A stretch of 64,000 nucleotides of DNA from Clostridia bacterium. GTDB taxonomy: Bacteria > Bacillota > Clostridia > TANB77 > CAG-508. Below the pieces are notes generated by a model. It saw only the letters and a list, made by a program, of their open reading frames with translations, was not told where the DNA came from and did no database searches. The DNA is taken from NCBI GenBank assembly GCA_045643205.1, contig JAZUKI010000003.1, positions 96,001 through 160,000 on the forward strand. Direction: 5' to 3'. Of the stretch, positions 60,321 through 64,000 are shown piece by piece. Both the position numbers and the translations under genes were made by a program. Each line of letters opens with the position of its first letter. Position 1 is the stretch's first letter.

Positions 60321-61700
60321 ATGAGTGATTTATTATCAAAAAACAAATCAGGATGGTTAACAGCTTCTGATGATGATAGAGGAGCAATCTATGATTTCGC
60401 AAGAGGTTACATGGATTTTATTGGATCATCAAAAACAGAAAGATTAGTAGTTGAACACGCTGAACAAATGGCAAGAGAACATGGATTTAGACATATTGAT
60501 GAATATGGTGAACTACATGCAGGTGATAAAGTTTATTTTAATAATAGAGGAAAAAATTTATATCTAGCTATTATTGGAAATAGAAGTGTTGAAGAAGGTT
60601 TAAACATTATAGGATCACATGCAGATTCTCCAAGACTTGATTTAAAACCACAACCACTTTATCAAGATGGTGACTTTGCATTCATGAATACACATTACTA
60701 TGGTGGAATTAAGAAATATCAATGGACAACAATTCCATTAGCAATTCATGGTGTAATTATCAGAGCAGATGGAGAAAAAATTCAAGTTCATATAGGAGAA
60801 GATGATAGCGACCCTGTATTTGTTGTTTCTGACTTATTACCACACTTAGGCAAAAAACAAGCACAAGAAAAATTATCAGATGCAATCAAAGGCGAAAAAC
60901 TTGATATCATGGTTGGAAGCATACCAGCTGATGAAAGCGACAAACAATCAATCAAAGAAAATGTAATGAGAATTTTAAATAGCAGATATGGCATCACAGA
61001 AGACGACTTCACAAGTGCGGAACTCGAACTTGTTCCAGCTTTTAAAGCACGTTCATCTGGATTTGATGAGAGTTTAGTTGCAGCTTATGGACAAGATGAC
61101 AAAGTTTGTGCTTATGCTTCACTAAGAGCAATGATGGAAATTGAAAATCCAGAAAGAACTGCAGTATGCATGCTTTCAGATAAAGAAGAAATTGGAAGTA
61201 TGGGTAATACAGGAATGGAATCACATGTTTTTGATACATTCATTTCTGATTTATTAAACAAATTAAACGTAAATAGACCAAACTTATTAGATAAAGTATT
61301 TTGCAATTCAAGAATGTTATCAGCTGATGTTGATGCAGGTGTTGATCCACTTTATGCAGAAGTTAATGATATGACAAATGCAGGATTTGTAGGACATGGA
61401 TTAGTATTAAATAAATATACTGGATCTGGTGGAAAATACAATGCTTCTGATGCTAATGCAGAATATGTTGGATTTGTAAAGAAAATTTTTAGAGATAACA
61501 ACATTAAATATCAATTCTCTGAACTTGGAAAAGTTGATGAGGGTGGCGGAGGAACAATCGCATACATCTTAGCAAACAAAGGTGTAGATGTAATTGATTG
61601 TGGTGTTCCTGTAATTTCAATGCACTCACCATACGAAATCACAAGTAAATTTGATATTTATGAAGCATATAAAGGATACAGAACATTCTTTAGAAGCTAA
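60321..61700 (+). CDS. M18 family (aspartyl) aminopeptidase
   Basis: GSHADSPRLDLK, HYYGGIKKYQW, GQDD, DKEEIGS, GGGTI, MHSPYE. Confidence 0.93.
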   Translation: MSDLLSKNKSGWLTASDDDRGAIYDFARGYMDFIGSSKTERLVVEHAEQMAREHGFRHIDEYGELHAGDKVYFNNRGKNLYLAIIGNRSVEEGLNIIGSHADSPRLDLKPQPLYQDGDFAFMNTHYYGGIKKYQWTTIPLAIHGVIIRADGEKIQVHIGEDDSDPVFVVSDLLPHLGKKQAQEKLSDAIKGEKLDIMVGSIPADESDKQSIKENVMRILNSRYGITEDDFTSAELELVPAFKARSSGFDESLVAAYGQDDKVCAYASLRAMMEIENPERTAVCMLSDKEEIGSMGNTGMESHVFDTFISDLLNKLNVNRPNLLDKVFCNSRMLSADVDAGVDPLYAEVNDMTNAGFVGHGLVLNKYTGSGGKYNASDANAEYVGFVKKIFRDNNIKYQFSELGKVDEGGGGTIAYILANKGVDVIDCGVPVISMHSPYEITSKFDIYEAYKGYRTFFRS

Positions 61701-61922
61701 AAAATACAGTCCTAAGGTTTGGAACTATACTTAAAAATAAATTTATATAGAAACTATTTTAAAATTAGAAATAATAAAAAAGAGCAAGATTCGAAAGTAC
61801 TCGAAAATTGCTCTTTTTTGCTGGTAAAAATCTATTAAAAGCCTTGATAATTCTTGCTTTATAAAGTTAAAAATGATAGTATAAAGAAGCAGTAAAACAC
61901 TGATTTTAGAGAGGGGTTTATC

Positions 61923-63095
61923 ATGATAGAAATAAAAAATGTGACTAAAAAATATGGCACATTCGCAGCAGTAGATGATATTAGTTTTGAAGTTAATGAT
62001 CGTGAGATTGTAGGATTTTTAGGACCAAACGGTGCTGGAAAATCAACAACAATGAACATGATCACAGGTTTTATCGAGCCTACAAGCGGAAAAATTATTG
62101 TTAATGGATATGATGTTTCAAAATCATCAAATAAAGCTAAGAAACAAATAGGTTATATGCCAGAAAATGTTCCACTTTACAATGATTTAACAGTAAAAGA
62201 ATTTGTTTCATATATGTGCGAACTTAGAAAAGTTCCAAAGAAAGATAGAGATCTTCAAATCAGAAAAATCATTAAAAGAGCAGGATTAACAGATGTTCAA
62301 GACAAACTAATTAAACATATATCAAAAGGCTACAAACAAAGAACAAGTCTTGCAGGAGCACTAGTTGGTGAGCCTGATGTTTTAATTCTTGATGAACCTA
62401 CAGTTGGTTTAGATCCTAAACAAATAACTGAAATCAGAAATTTGATAAAGAAACTTGGCGAGAACCATACTGTTATTTTAAGTTCACACATTCTATCAGA
62501 GGTTAGCCAAATTTGTTCAAAGGTTGTTATTATTAATCATGGAAAAATTGTTGCAATTGATACACCTGAAAACCTTGAATCAAAACTATTAGAATCAGAT
62601 GTAATCATACTTACAGTTGAAGATCCAGAAAACAATATGGCAACAATAAAATCAAAAATTAAATCATGCAAAGAAATTCACAAAATAAAAACTTTACCAG
62701 ACGGAACAATTCAATACAAAATTATTTCTGATAAAAATGCAGAAACTAATAAAGAATTATTTGAGATTTTACCAAAAGAAAACATTACAATTTGTGAATT
62801 AAGAAAAGAGCAAAGTAGCTTAGAGGATGCATATTTAAAGATTATAAATGAAAAAGATGAAGAATTAGCTAAGGTTGAAAGACGTGAAAAGAGAGAAAAA
62901 CTTGCTAGACAACGTAAGTTAGATTCACTTGATTTATTAGAAAGAAGAAAATTAATTCGCGAAGAGAAACGTAAGAAACAAGATGAGATTGATAAAGAAT
63001 TCTTCGACAACTTAATGGAAGAAAATAAAGTAAGAGAAGCTAAAAAGAAGAGAAAACAATTAGAAAAAAAGAACAGAAAGGAGGATAAAAAATAA
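61923..63095 (+). CDS. ABC ATP-binding protein (GldA-like) with charged C-terminal extension
   Basis: GPNGAGKST, SKGYKQR, LDEPTVGLDP, SSHILSEV. Confidence 0.9.
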   Translation: MIEIKNVTKKYGTFAAVDDISFEVNDREIVGFLGPNGAGKSTTMNMITGFIEPTSGKIIVNGYDVSKSSNKAKKQIGYMPENVPLYNDLTVKEFVSYMCELRKVPKKDRDLQIRKIIKRAGLTDVQDKLIKHISKGYKQRTSLAGALVGEPDVLILDEPTVGLDPKQITEIRNLIKKLGENHTVILSSHILSEVSQICSKVVIINHGKIVAIDTPENLESKLLESDVIILTVEDPENNMATIKSKIKSCKEIHKIKTLPDGTIQYKIISDKNAETNKELFEILPKENITICELRKEQSSLEDAYLKIINEKDEELAKVERREKREKLARQRKLDSLDLLERRKLIREEKRKKQDEIDKEFFDNLMEENKVREAKKKRKQLEKKNRKEDKK

Positions 63096-63775
63096 TGTGG
63101 GCAGTAGCAAAAAAAGAATTTAAGCAATATTTTTTATCTCCTATTGGATACATTTATATTGGTGTATTTTTATTAATGTGTAGTATAACTTTCTATTCAA
63201 ACATATTCTTAGGCCAAAGCACAGATTTTGCATCTATATTTAGTTTAGGAGTAACAGCATTAACATTTTTAGTGCCAGTTTTAACAATGAGAACTTTTTC
63301 TGAAGAAAGAAAAAATTCAACAGAAGTTTTAATTTTAACTTCACCAACAAGTGTTAAATCAATGGTTCTAGGAAAATTTTTAGCTGCAGGAATGGTTGTA
63401 TTAGTTTCAATAGCATGCACATTTATGTATTATATAATTTTATCATTCTTTGGAGAACCAGCTTTTTCAACAAGCTTTGTTGCTATGATAGGATTTGCAC
63501 TATTATCATTAGCTTATATTGCATGCGGAATGTTCATTTCAAGCATGACAGAAAATCAAGTAGTTAGTGCAATTATTTCTATGATAGTATTTTTAATATT
63601 ATCATTTTTAGGAGATGTATGGGTAGCATTTGATCCATTTTCAATCATAGATGCCTTTACAACATTTGAAACAGGACTAGTTTCACTACATGATGTTGTT
63701 TTATTAATATCATTTATAACATTCTTCCTAAGCATGACAATATTAGTAATGAATAGAAGAAAGTATGTTAAATAG
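63095..63775 (+). CDS. ABC-2 permease (GldF-like)
   Basis: KKEFKQYFLSPIGY, TMRTFSEE, SSMTENQVVSA. Confidence 0.87.
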   Translation: MWAVAKKEFKQYFLSPIGYIYIGVFLLMCSITFYSNIFLGQSTDFASIFSLGVTALTFLVPVLTMRTFSEERKNSTEVLILTSPTSVKSMVLGKFLAAGMVVLVSIACTFMYYIILSFFGEPAFSTSFVAMIGFALLSLAYIACGMFISSMTENQVVSAIISMIVFLILSFLGDVWVAFDPFSIIDAFTTFETGLVSLHDVVLLISFITFFLSMTILVMNRRKYVK

Positions 63776-63783
63776 GAGGGGCC

Positions 63784-64000
63784 ATGGTAAACTTTTTGAA
63801 ATTATTAAAAAATAAAGTCTTTAAAGAAACAGCATGGACAATAGCTCTTATTATATTCATGCTTATGATTTTTATAATCATCAACAAAGCATTGGATGTT
63901 GCTAACATTGATGCTATAGATGTTACAACAGAACAAATATATAGTTTGACAGATGAATCAAAAGAATTAGTTTCAAAAGTTAAACTTAATGTAAAAATCT
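63784..64000 (+). CDS. GldG-family ABC accessory protein, 5' part (runs off window)
   Basis: AGGAGG RBS; MVNFLK..., TM helix, DVTTEQIYSLTDESKELV motif; third gene of a GldAFG-like operon. Confidence 0.75.
   Translation, partial: MVNFLKLLKNKVFKETAWTIALIIFMLMIFIIINKALDVANIDAIDVTTEQIYSLTDESKELVSKVKLNVKI

Overview
Very AT-rich bacterial chromosomal window. Gene content (MurT/GatD, SAM-I riboswitch, sortase-type LPQTG proteins, HU, aminopeptidase) indicates a Bacillota, probably an uncultured gut or rumen Clostridia lineage (inference). It holds about 45 CDS, 7 tRNAs, a SAM-I riboswitch before metK, three ABC transporter operons, an ABC-F protein, three cell-wall-anchored surface proteins and many orphan genes. 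No integrase, transposase, phage structural gene, CRISPR array or rRNA was seen. The strongest signal is an ORF-free, highly base-paired ~610-nt RNA gene with its own promoter and terminator at ~33510-34125, which I recognise as a ROOL-type large ncRNA, here in a non-prophage context. Other oddities: an NRPS condensation domain fused to an intact HD-GYP phosphodiesterase; an SF2 helicase with 4 x 252-bp repeats in a cassette flanked by 42-bp direct repeats; unannotated structured leaders; and recurring terminal peptide motifs on orphan proteins. All family calls come from motif recognition, not database searches.
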